From Octopus bimaculoides (Eukaryota), in assembly GCF_001194135.2 (NCBI RefSeq), contig NC_068981.1:67462445-67508164 (forward strand): 45,720 nucleotides of DNA. Reading direction: 5' to 3'. Position 1 is the first letter of the stretch, and each line of letters opens with the position of its first letter. Positions 1 through 11,475 of this stretch are shown here, one piece after another. The notes under the pieces are model-generated. The model made no database searches. It had not been told where the DNA came from and saw nothing but the letters and a program-made list of their open reading frames with translations. Both the position numbers and the translations under genes were made by a program.

Positions 1-314
1 TAACTCGAATGTGGAATCTAAAAACAGAAACAATTCCTATTATAGTAGGTGCCTTAGGTATAATAAAAAATATTCAGACAAATACATAACAAAAACACCA
101 GGACTTACAAATATATATAACATACAGAAAATTTCACTACTGGGCACTGCACACATCCTACGCAAAACACTTTCAATACAGTAACCCATAAGAGCATCAC
201 AGCAAACCACAGCACATACCCAAGGCACACAGAGCTGTGCTCGGTAGTGAAGTGAAAGCACGTTATAAAAATAAAACTACTGAACAATAATAATAATGAT
301 AATAATAATAATAA
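1..314 (+). mobile_element. 3' end of an R4/Dong-like LINE (restriction-like endonuclease C-terminus, 3' UTR, (AAT)n tail)
   Basis: Reads RMWNLKTETIPIIVGALGIIK from 6, shifts frame in the A-run at 65-70, then YSDKYITKTPGLTNIYNIQKISLLGTAHILRKTLSIQ* (stop 182-184). IPIIVGALG...QK..LLGTAHILRK matches my recollection of the RLE C-terminus of R4/Dong-clade elements. Followed by an (AAT)n run to 314. Confidence 0.75.
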
Positions 315-656
315 TCCTTGGATGGAATTTATAAATATTTAATGCATCACTACGCGAGTTTCCACAAATCAGATCTCTTCAGATCGCTGTCCGTATTCCT
401 GAGATAATTACAGTGTAGTCCCCAATATCTGTGTGCATCGGGTTGACCATCTTCCTGGATTCACTTCTTCAGGTGATATAACATTAATGGATGTATAACA
501 GAAGGATGCTTATCTCTTTTGACAAGTATAAAGTCCAAAGATACTGCCGATTACATTGTAATCATCCCAGGCATACGGACTGTGATCTTATGAGACATGT
601 GATTTGTGGAAACGTGCGTAGCGATGCATTAAATGTTTATAAATTCCAACAAAGGA
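315..656. repeat. Fold-back element: inverted arms ~315-430 and ~539-656, ~108 bp spacer
   Basis: tccttggatggaatttataaatatttaatgcatcactacgcgagtttccacaaatc (315-370) versus reverse complement of 601-656, tcctttgttggaatttataaacatttaatgcatcgctacgcacgtttccacaaatc. Similarity continues inward to ~430/539. Flanked by (AAT)n on the left and (ATT)-like repeat on the right. Confidence 0.9.
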
Positions 657-939
657 TTACTGTTATTATTATCATTATATTTATCGTACATCATAGCGGT
701 ACAGATCTATGGAACCTCAACTGGTTGGCCATTTAGCATCAGTATAATGTGGCTAGCATAATGGAAAAGAAGCTATATTTGTATATTCAAAATGTTTCCC
801 GGAAACAAATTTAATACATACATACATACATACATATATACATATGTATATGTATATATATATATGTGTGTGTGTGTGTGACTGTGTGTGTGTGACTGTG
901 TGTGTATATGTAATATTTTCCATATACATATACATATAC

Positions 940-972
<33 letters not shown>

Positions 973-1054
973 NNNNNNNNNNNNNNNNNNNNNNNNNNNN
1001 NNNNNNNNNNNNNNNNNNNNNNNNNNNNNNNNNNNNNNNNNNNNNNNNNCTCAT

Positions 1055-1081
1055 GAGCTGTGGCCATGCTGGGGCACCGCC
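1055..1081 (-). mobile_element. SINE family A 3' fragment at gap edge
   Basis: Reverse complement ggcggtgccccagcatggccacagctc matches the 3' end of copies at 1128 and 13993. Confidence 0.6.
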
Positions 1082-1116
<35 letters not shown>

Positions 1117-1127
1117 CATATCATATA

Positions 1128-1540
1128 GGCGCAGGAGTGGCTGTGTGGTAAGTACCTTGCTTAACAATCACATGGTTCCGGGTTCAGTCCCACTGTGTGG
1201 CACCTTGGGCAAGTGTATTCTACTATAGCCTCGGGCCGACCAAAGCTTTGTGAGTGGATTCGGTAGACGGAAACTGAAAGAAGCCCGACGTATATATGTA
1301 TATATGTGTCTCTGTGTGTGTTTGTGTGTCTGTGTTTGTCCTACCCAATATTGCTTGACAACTGATGCAGGTGTGTTTAGGTCACCGTAATCTAGCGGTT
1401 CGGCAAAAGAGACCGATAGAATAAGTACTACGCTTACAAAGAATAAGTCCTGGGGTCGATTTGCTCGAGCAAATCGACTAAAGCCGGTGCTCCAGCATGG
1501 CCGCAGTCATATAACTGAAACAAGTACAAGACTAAAAGAG
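1128..1540 (+). mobile_element. tRNA-derived SINE family A (near full length)
   Basis: A-box-like tggctgtgtggtaag and B-box-like gggttcagtccc, internal (TG)n, core gatagaataagtac...ggggtcgattt...gtgctccagcatggccgcagtc, A-rich tail. Homologous copies occur elsewhere in the window. Confidence 0.9.
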
Positions 1541-2095
1541 AGTATACACACACATGCACACAGACACACACACGCACACACACACGCACACACATACATA
1601 CACACACACACATATGTATATGTACATATAATTTGCTGTTTTGTTAGGTAAAGGTCAAGAAAAAATGTACTGGAACTATAAATATCATTTACTCTACACA
1701 ACACAAATATAGAAGTTGCTAATATTTTCTTGCTCTGGAAACGTATGCTTAGGCAAGTTTTTATAACACGCCTTGTACCTCCAAGCATAAGCTCATGGTC
1801 TACTCAACCGAAAATCAACACGCTGGTACATGAGAAATCAGGAGAAAAAGAAAAAAAATTGTCAAAGTGAATAAAAGCAGAAAAAAAAAAAACAGTAAGA
1901 AAATTAGAGTTACATTCCGTGTGACCGTAAAAGCCATATTTAAGTAATTTGTTGTTAAATAATTCAGCGGAGAGGTGTCCAAGATCTATGAAATAGCTGC
2001 TTAGTCAAGCAAGCCTAGTGTTCTCCAGTTCACCCAAAGAAATTTTCCCATATTCTTGCATTTCCTGAAAGTTTTAGATAAGAAATTGAGTATCT

Positions 2096-2262
2096 GGTAC
2101 AATCAAGTGGAGAATCGGCGGAAAATCCATACCGTATATAAATGGATCTAAGAAATGCAACTTTTGCATAGCTGAAAGATCACACGTTATATTTAGATGT
2201 AAGAATTCCATGGCACTACTTAAATCGAAATCCGAAATTTGCGGTAAATGCAAGCAAATAGA
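2096..2262 (+). mobile_element. Penelope-like element remnant, GIY-YIG endonuclease C-terminus
   Basis: Frame from 2102 reads IKWRIGGKSIPYINGSKKCNFCIAERSHVIFRCKNSMALLKSKSEICGKCKQ, resembling the PLE pattern W.I.....Y..GSKKC.LC..EK..I......LLN.RSE...KC.H. Confidence 0.75.
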
Positions 2263-3922
2263 AAAAAAGTTGATCTCTTTTGGTCATCTGGAGTATTCCA
2301 CCGTCTGCGGATAGAGCAGCGGTCTCGCAGGCTTTGACCCATCTCTGCTGAATTATTATAGAAAAGCTATAACAATTATGATTTTTACAGCATAATCAGA
2401 CGGAATTCTTTTCCGTTTTTACTCACCCTTCCATTTTTTCCATGAATCTTCTCGCTTTTAAACTTGATTTCTCATGCACAAGCATCCTGACTCTCAAACA
2501 TGAATAGACCATGTGTCCAGAGCCTTAAGCCTGCTTGGAGACTCAAGGCGCATTTTAAAATCCTGATTGAACACGTATCCTCAAAGCAAGAAACTCTTAG
2601 TAGCTGTAGCTGGTATCTCTTTACTGTGTATATTAAATGAAACACACACACACACGCACACACACACACACACACACGCACACACACACACATACACACA
2701 CACATATATATATATAGATAGATAAATAATGTTTTGTGTGTGTCTGTGCGCGTGTGTATTTGTGTGCGTATGTATGTATATAATATTTATATATGCTAGT
2801 ATTGTGGAAAATAGTTTACTCAGGTACAAGTAAATTTTCTTATAAAGAGCTTCGGAATATTTCCAAATATATATACACGAACGGAGCAAATAGACAAAAC
2901 AATAAATTTCCGAATTAAATTAATATCACCAGAGAGAAATCCAACAATGTTACTGACTGTCAGTGGGAAAGCAGAAAATTGTACAGTTATAAGGAAAAGT
3001 AAATAAAGAAAGACTCAGATAGATAAATTGTTTGATAGTTACGTAGTCAAAATGATAGATAGATGAATAGATAGACAGATAGAGAGATCGATTAGATATA
3101 TAGAGATTTTAAACGGAGTAGAGATAGTAAAGGAATATCATTTGACAAACGATGAAAAGTGTAGTGAAATATAATAATGTGAGTATACGAAAGAGATGGA
3201 GATAGAAAACTGTGTGTTTTTACTTTAAATATATGGTTTGAAGCGAAAATAGAATCCGAATGGCAATTATAAGGGGACATGAATATGATGGAGAGAAATA
3301 TAAAGTTTGTTGTAGAAATACAGAGGAAAGGATATTGGTTAAAAATGAACAGTAAACACACAGTAGATGGAAACAATTTCATTCAGAAAAAACACCCGTA
3401 AGACTAAACAAAATATATAAATACATCTATAATTATATTCTTTCATTATGGTACCATCGTAATCAAGTAGTTATACACATGATTCCATGATATGTGTGTA
3501 TATGACAGATGCATATAGATGCACATACACAAAAGCACACATCACATACAGCTATATTTGTATGCGCACCCGCATGCATATGTGTGTGTGTGTGTGTATA
3601 ATCAAATATATCCGAATATATACATACGTAAGTGTGTGTGTGTATTTTCTGTGTGTGCACTAGCATATTTATAGAAAAACAGAGCAATCGACGATGACAT
3701 GCAATAAAAAAATTCAGAAAATATATTGAAATTATCTAAATATAATCACAATCGTATATGGAAACACATATATGGACGTGTATATTTATGTATGTTGCGT
3801 AACTAGCGGTAAGATTATATTGCAAAATTTATGCATTGCCTCCATTCCAAATTTGTTATGCATATGCCTACTACACATAATTACGTGGAGAAATACATAC
3901 ATTCATGCAGACATACATAAAC

Positions 3923-3970
<48 letters not shown>

Positions 3971-4881
3971 NNNNNNNNNNNNNNNNNNNNNNNNNNNNNN
4001 NNNNNNNNNNNNNNNNNNNNNNNNNNNNNNNNNNNNNNNNNNNNNNNNNNNNNNNNNNNNNNNNNNNNNNNNNNNNNNNNNNNNNNNNNNNNNNNNNNNN
4101 NNNNNNNNNNNNNNNNNNNNNNNNNNNNNNNNNNNNNNNNNNNNNNNNNNNNNNNNNNNNNNNNNNNNNNNNNNNNNNNNNNNNNNNNNNNNNNNNNNNN
4201 NNNNNNNNNNNNNNNNNNNNNNNNNNNNNNNNNNNNNNNNNNNNNNNNNNNNNNNNNNNNNNNNNNNNNNNNNNNNNNNNNNNNNNNNNNNNNNNNNNNN
4301 NNNNNNNNNNNNNNNNNNNNNNNNNNNNNNNNNNNNNNNNNNNNNNNNNNNNNNNNNNNNNNNNNNNNNNNNNNNNNNNNNNNNNNNNNNNNNNNNNNNN
4401 NNNNNNNNNNNNNNNNNNNNNNNNNNNNNNNNNNNNNNNNNNNNNNNNNNNNNNNNNNNNNNNNNNNNNNNNNNNNNNNNNNNNNNNNNNNNNNNNNNNN
4501 NNNNNNNNNNNNNNNNNNNNNNNNNNNNNNNNNNNATCATTACATCAATTTAAATGCAGGGCTATCCTCAGCTGCATAACCAAATAATTTTTTTTTTAAT
4601 CAGTTGAACATATTAAAATAATTTTACTTAAATTCTATCATAGACAAAGAAGAAGGAAAATGTCTATGTTGTTACTAATGTAGCTCAAAATATACTACGC
4701 TTCGAAGAACAGTATGAAGTTTGTTTGTGTCATAGCTTTAACGGGCCGTGGTTCATTCTTAATTTATTCGTATTTTTATCAACTACCAAATCGAAGGCTG
4801 GAGGACAGTGTCTGTTTAGATTGGATAGACGCAGTGAGTTTACAGCTTATTGTTGGGTATGGTCATATTATTGTCACAATT

Positions 4882-6095
4882 TTAGGAAATGTGTATGTAA
4901 TTGTTGCGTAGAGGAAGAACCTAAATCAAGACGTTAATTACAAGTTCAATGGGCAAGACGCTAATAACATCTATGATGTTAATACAGAGGAAAGTATCAT
5001 TGGGTATAATGGATAATTGTATGAAAACAATTTTGTTATGTTGTATGAAGATAAAAATTAAGATTACTAAAAATGATATTAAAACCAGAATAGATAAACT
5101 GTATATATATACCAATTATCAACATTACAAAGAGAAGATTACATAGAATTAGTTTAATATTCATTCCTGTACTCAATTATTTACTCATAAGGTGGTTTCT
5201 ATGAAGATTGCTCTGGGTATTTACTTATGGAATACTGGGGCGATAAATCTTTATATTAATTGTGAGCTAATTATCAGACAAAAATGGAAAAAGAAGTTGT
5301 GCACAAATACGTACACATGTTAAACTATGTGCACACATGCAAATATACAAACATATTTGTACTTTATTATAGGTATGTTATAATCGACTCTCCTAGACCT
5401 AATTAATTAGAAAGTTTCTATTTCTCTTTAAGAACATTAGTAACTTATAAGAGGTTAATAGGTAAATGTATCAAAATAAGAAAACACAATAAGAAATTAT
5501 AGAAAATAGTAAGAATATATACCTTATTGTATATAATATCATATAACATCATTCAAGACACTAAAATTAATATCCCATATCCAGGTTTAAGTGCAGCACA
5601 TATAAACTCCAATTTCGAAAATATTTAAAGGTACGAGTGACCCTATGTACGCATGATAGCATTGGGTCTAATCTTATATTAACCAGGTTGCTCTTGTTTC
5701 TATGCTTAAAAGTTTCATAAGTTTCCATAGAGCACAGTATTCCATAAGTAAATACTCAGAGCAATCTTTATAGAAACTATCTTATAAGTAAATGATTAAG
5801 CACAGGAATGAATATTAAACTTATTCTATGTAATCTCCCCTTTCTAATATTGGACATTTGTGTATATGCACATTTTATCTATTCTGGTTATAATATCCTT
5901 TTTAGTAATCTTAAATTTTATCTTCATACAACATAACAATATTGTTTATATACAATCATCTATTGCACCTCATGGTGATCTCCTCTGTATCAACATCATA
6001 GATTTCATTAGCGTCTTGCCCCTTTAACTGGTAATTGATTCAGGGTCTTCCCTTACCCAGCCTCCTTTATAGGCAATTACTTACACATTTCCTAA
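4882..6095. repeat. Fold-back element: inverted arms ~4882-5237 and ~5735-6095, ~497 bp spacer
   Basis: For example gtttaatattcattcctgtactcaattatttactcataaggtggtttctatgaagattgctctgggtatttacttatggaatactg versus reverse complement gtttaatattcattcctgtgcttaatcatttacttataagatagtttctataaagattgctctgagtatttacttatggaatactg. Colinear with small indels across the arm. Confidence 0.9.
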
Positions 6096-7056
6096 TCATA
6101 TAAATATCATTGGTAGTATAGTAGAACGCCTGTCGTATCTACAGTTTCTTAGGTTCCCTCGACGTTCTCTATTCTAAGGGCTTTTCAGCTAAATGTTTAT
6201 GTTTATAATTATAGCATCCTGTGCCTCAAAATCTACTTTTCTAGGGAGAAATTTATAATCGACACTTTCATTAATGATGCCAGGCCATCTTAAAGATCAT
6301 CATTGAAGTGATTACTTCATAATGATGCTTCAACTGTTTTACTACAGCATTTAAGTACAAAAATCTACTCCATGGTTTATTTGTTTGTTAACATGAACCG
6401 AAAGCCATTTTCTATAGAAGAGAATAAAACATGCGAGTGGATGTTTACCAAAAGGATAGTTACGGTTGTAAAAACGTGTTCACTTTAAGAACACATATCT
6501 TTAAAGTGGTAGCTAAACGAATGAAAGTAGAGGCAGAAAAGGAAAAAGAAATGGAAAATATGAGAGCAGAGAAAATGAAGAGATAAGAGAGTATTTGCAG
6601 TCTGGACACAACTCTCCAATTATGTATTTTAAATATTCATTTTAAAACGGCCATTTACTAATGTATTGTGCACCATTAGAATGAGAACAAGCTTTGAAAA
6701 TAAAATGAAATGGAACGAATTATTCCGAAGCTTAAATTCCATTATGCAAATCGTAATCTTTATAGTTTATTTGTCCGTAGAGTTCTATGATGTATTACGT
6801 GTGAGTCGTATAATTGCAGTCATTTAGGGCATAAGGTAGAAAGGAATTTAAAAAAATGGTTTTCTAATTGGAAAAAAAATCACTTGTTTGTGTAAGGGCA
6901 GAATTATACACAGTTAAAAATGTCTAAATAATTTATAAGTTAAGTCGAGCATTTAAACAGGAGAGCATATGTATAACAGACTGTCAAAGTCGTTTCTGCA
7001 ATTTCTTGCTGGACAGCCCGCACAGATGTTTATTTCTTTTATAGTAATCAAATACA

Positions 7057-7122
<66 letters not shown>

Positions 7123-7144
7123 ATATATATATATATATATATAT
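7057..7144. repeat. Compound (ATCT)n-(AT)n microsatellite
   Basis: Direct inspection. Confidence 0.95.
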
Positions 7145-7382
7145 ACTGGCCTTAGTTTTCCATGTGCATTTGTCCGGTATGTACAAACACACACACTTGC
7201 CCTCCCGCACGTATGTTCACATAAATGTATGGATATAAGTATAAGGTTTGATTTTATATTCAAAAGGTCACTGTATTTTAACTGTACTTACACATAAACT
7301 GTGGATATATAATGTCTGAAATCTGATTGTTTCACATCTTTCCACTTTCTTACACATAAGCATTTACAATGTAAAAACAATA

Positions 7383-8600
7383 CATTGGGTCATTCCATAA
7401 ATAATGCGATTGTTTCAATTCGGAGGGTGACGGGCTAAACTACCTACATCAACTTGCTATAAAAGCAGGTAGTAGTTTCACCTTGTCCTTATTTTTAGTG
7501 CATATTTTGAAGAGTGTAGTTCGATTTTAATAGTTATTTTTTCAAAGCTGTAATGGAAGTGACAAAGGAGCATATTCGGCATATTTTGCTTTATGAGTTC
7601 AATAAAGGCAACAACACAATGGAAAGTGCGAGAAATATTAATGCAGTATATGGGGATCGGACAATAAGCGTAAGCCAGTGTCCAGAAATTCCGGAAACTA
7701 TAGCCTGGAAGACGAACCCCATCCTGGAAGATCTGTACAGCTCGACAAGGACGTCCTGCAAACCCTGGTGGAACGAAATCCCCATTGGTAACTGTTGAGG
7801 AACTAGCAGCGAAGCTGGTATTTGGCATGCAGGCTACGATGAATTATCGACCATTCATCGTCACTTGCGTGACATCGAAAAAGTCAGCAAATTGGGTGAA
7901 TGGTTTCCTTACAATCTTTCCGAATCTAATCGAGCACAAAGTGTGAATGTGTGCTCTTCTTTGCTGTCACGTCTCACGAATGAAGCTTTTTTGGGTCGAA
8001 AAATAACTGCTGACGAGAAAGGGATTCTCTGCAAAAATGTCAAGCGCCGAAGACAGTGGGTAAGGAAAGGAGAAACACCGGCACCCCAAACTAAAGAAGG
8101 TCTTCATCCACGTAAAATGTTGTTATATGTTTGGTGGAACATGAAAGGTCTAGTCCATTTTGAACTTTCCAACCCAAACCAAACGACAACAAAGATCTAG
8201 AGCGATAACTTCAGCGGCTTAAGTCCATCGCTAGAAGAAAAAAACGACCATCTTCGGTTTCAAGACGAAAGGTGTTCTTCCATCAGGATGATGCTCGGTG
8301 ACATACAACACAGATGATATTCTAAAGGCTGGAGTTGTTTGAATGGGAAACGATGCCCCACCCACCATATTCGCCGGACATTGCTCCATCTGATTATCAT
8401 TTATTCTGCACCCTTCAAAATCATTTGGACGGAAAAGATACGAATTCTGTAGAGGTGGTCAGAATGATACCGGAAAAGTGTTTTTCGCCACGAACAAGTG
8501 AACTTTGGAAGAGAAGCCTTGCAAGTCTACCAGATAGATGGAAGAGCATTGTAGAAAATGAATGAGAGTATAGTTTAGATGAAAAAAATATAGTTTAGAT
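7383..8600 (+). mobile_element. Decayed mariner (DD34D) transposon; left end present, right TIR missing
   Basis: Fragments MEVTKEHIRHILLYEF (HTH), KLGEWFPYNL (WVPHEL-like), ITADEK, HQDDAR*H and PHPPYSPDIAPSDY, with 34 codons between the last two catalytic D. Stops and frameshifts present. TA then cattgggtcattccataaataatgcg at the left end. Confidence 0.95.
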
Positions 8601-8604
8601 GAAA

Positions 8605-9225
8605 GACATGCTGTACTGCTTGGCATTCGCGCCGGAAGCTCCAATTCGAACATTACAGAGTGTTTGCATGTCAACGTCAGGACAGTGCAATCTGAGGACA
8701 TATACCGAGAGTAATACAAATCAAACATTTAGTCAACATCTTCCCACACGGCCTCAGACTCAACACGGAGGTTGGCAAGCTAAGAAAGCCCTATATCTGG
8801 AAATAGGACTCTACTCCATGCCACACAAGCAGGAGAACTCAGTCGTGGCTGTCAGACAATTTCTGCGTCCACACCACCCCTAACGTCTGGGCATCTACCT
8901 CTCCAGACTGCACCGCTGCTTGATCGTTATATGTGGGGCACAGTTGAGCGAGAGACCAACAAAACTTCTTATAACTCCAAAGATAAACTGAAGGCAGGGA
9001 TTACGACAGCATTCAACAGCTTAAACAAGGAGACCGTCCAGAAGAGTTGCGGAAAATTCCAAAGTCGTCTCGGTTGAAGCTAATGACAAATTGAATGAAT
9101 AAATTTACTCATCATTATGTCAAGAAACTTTTATGGAATTTTGATAAGTATATCTGTTAAAATGAGATCTTAGTGTTATATTAAGTTTGGGGTAATTTCG
9201 ACGACAGTTCATTCATCGCACCCTA
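8605..9225 (+). mobile_element. Internally deleted DD37D (maT-like) Tc1/mariner transposon; right end present
   Basis: LLGIRAGSSNSNITECLHVNVRTVQ (HTH-like) joined to PYIWK*DSTPCHTSRRTQSWLSDNFCVHTTPNVWASTSPDC..LD (37 residues between the D's after one frameshift), then WGTVERETNK. Ends ...atcgcacccta followed by TA. Confidence 0.85.
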
Positions 9226-9362
9226 TACATATATATAATATATCTATATGATTATGTTGTTGCATCTTACGATGGTCATTTTTCTTTTTGCCAAATGAAC
9301 ACATGCACTATATATTCATTCTTCATTCGTTTATTACTGTGTTTATTCTAACTCATGCTCAT

Positions 9363-9407
9363 CGTCCTGAAATCTTTCGTCACACATATGCGACCTCATC
9401 AGCGACA
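9363..9407 (-). ncRNA. Hammerhead ribozyme-like motif (type I, degenerate stem I)
   Basis: Minus strand: UGUCG CUGAUGA G GUCGCA-UAUG-UGUGAC GAAA GAU UUC A GGACG. Intact core boxes and a 6-bp stem II; stem I has a G.G mismatch. Confidence 0.5.
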
Positions 9408-10149
9408 CTTTCCATCTTTGCGTGTGCTCTTGCTCCACTTATTTCATTCTGATCTTCTATGATTTATATCCTTATATGCGCATGCGTTTGCGTCCGTGTT
9501 TTTGTGTGTGTGTGAGTACATATGTGTGTGTGCATGTTTGTGTTTCATTGTTCTTAACCGCTCTACGACCTTCTCATCAGCTCAACCCCCCGTTGTCGCT
9601 GCTGCTGACCTAGAACCCGAAATTTGGTACAGTTCCTGTATCATTGTGTGTGTGTGTTCGCCCACGCTTCTGCCATCGTGGGTGCTGTTATTGTCATCGT
9701 TGTCACTGCTGTTGCTGTTGTCGTTGTTATTCGTGTTCTTAATATTGTTATTGCCGTCATTGAAGTTATTGTTTGTGTGTCTCTGTGTGTATACAGGTTC
9801 GCTTCTTATGTTGTTTTTATTCGCGACCTTCATACAGATTTTATTTATTTTTATCTATCTCTATTTCTTACATTTATCGCTGGTTTGTGCATAGATGTCT
9901 GTTGTCCGTGTATCTGTATTTTATTTTATTTATATTTTATGATATAGGATAATGATTATTATAATTGTAGAATCCTACACGCATTCAACAACTCCACCAT
10001 TTCTCAACTCGACCTGTTCCCAAACGACCTTCTGAAGACGGTATGAAATATCAAATTTTAAAATAATTACTGTATATTTAACATGCACTTTAAACATATA
10101 TGAAATTTGAAAGCGGATTAAGTATATATACTTAAGCAGTATACTAACG

Positions 10150-10870
10150 TCATCATAAAAGAATTATATAAGAACTACAAAATAGCAAACAATAAAATAA
10201 TGGATCTTATCGATGTTTTACAACTAACACTCATGGCACCTTACTTGACTCAAACCAAACGAAAAATTGCACTATGTACTAACCATCCTAGATTTTTAAT
10301 AGACAACCCAATGCGAAAGACAACCTAATGCGTAGACAAACGAGTAAATTTTTAATGATAAAGAAAAGGAATATAACCTGGTATAGTAAAAACGAGGTTT
10401 TACAAAGAAATGGTTGTAAATAATAAGATTAAGTACATTACTCTGAACAAAAATGGGAGCTATACAGAAGGATTGATAATTCTTATATAAGTAAAAATAG
10501 TAGTAAGACACTTTCTAACCCTTTGATTTACCGTCTAATAAATAAAAGTAACATAAAAAGTAAATTAAAACTATTATACCTAGGACTAAACCTCCGGTTA
10601 AAAACCAAAAGTGTGTAGCTAAACAAACAAAATCTTCCAGTAAGCTACTACAGACATAACTGAGTGCATGTAATATAACAAGTGTGTTAACCACCACAAT
10701 CCAGTACAGGGAAACAACAAATATGATCTTGAAAATAATTCTGCTTATAAAAATATTAAAAATAAATGTAGAATATACTTCATACTTACAGCGTACTAAA
10801 AGAAACATTAGAAACCAGATATCTAAAACAGAGGATATATATATATTCAAAAACCGCTGTTTCTTCTAAT
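10150..10870 (+). mobile_element. Penelope-like element remnant (RT C-terminus to GIY-YIG, internally deleted)
   Basis: Fragments KPNEKLHYV, NHP, KRNITWYS and LIYR...LYLGL in decayed frames. Confidence 0.65.
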
Positions 10871-10959
10871 TCCAAAATTGAAATCTCTCCTAAATCCATT
10901 GAAAGCCATAAAATGATAAATTCTCTAAATTATTCACATTTCGTTGTAGATAAGAACAC

Positions 10960-11405
10960 TGGGAAAAGGAATATAACCTGGTATAGTGTTCCTTGCGCAA
11001 AACAAAACTCCGCTACTAACAACCCTAATGTCTCTGATAATGTTCTATAGAAGATTTTTTCTTTTAACCATAAATAACAGGGCATCTTCATATACACGGT
11101 AAAATTTCTGCAACACCGAATCTAGCAGATAACATCGAATACTCAAACATCTCAAAAATTCATGAAGCAAATCCTCAGCGCTGAATGTGACAAAGACTCT
11201 CTCATGTATAAATCGAGACAAAAACTAATCTAGACCGAAATCTTACTCCTCAACCAATGACAGAATTGAACTGAGAAGATAAATCCTTGAACGTCTAACA
11301 GCAAGTATAAAATAATAATAATTAATCAAATATATCTAACGTGACACATCATAACCCTGGCTATTCAATAAACAGCAACACCTTAATTTGCTATATCTAT
11401 ATCTA

Positions 11406-11475
<70 letters not shown>

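Noticed and set aside
9545-9590. CUGAUGA on the minus strand (also CTGANGA hits near 4565, 12266, 18469, 23634 and 40382)
   Set aside because: No stem II-GAAA-stem III arrangement follows; expected chance 7-mers.
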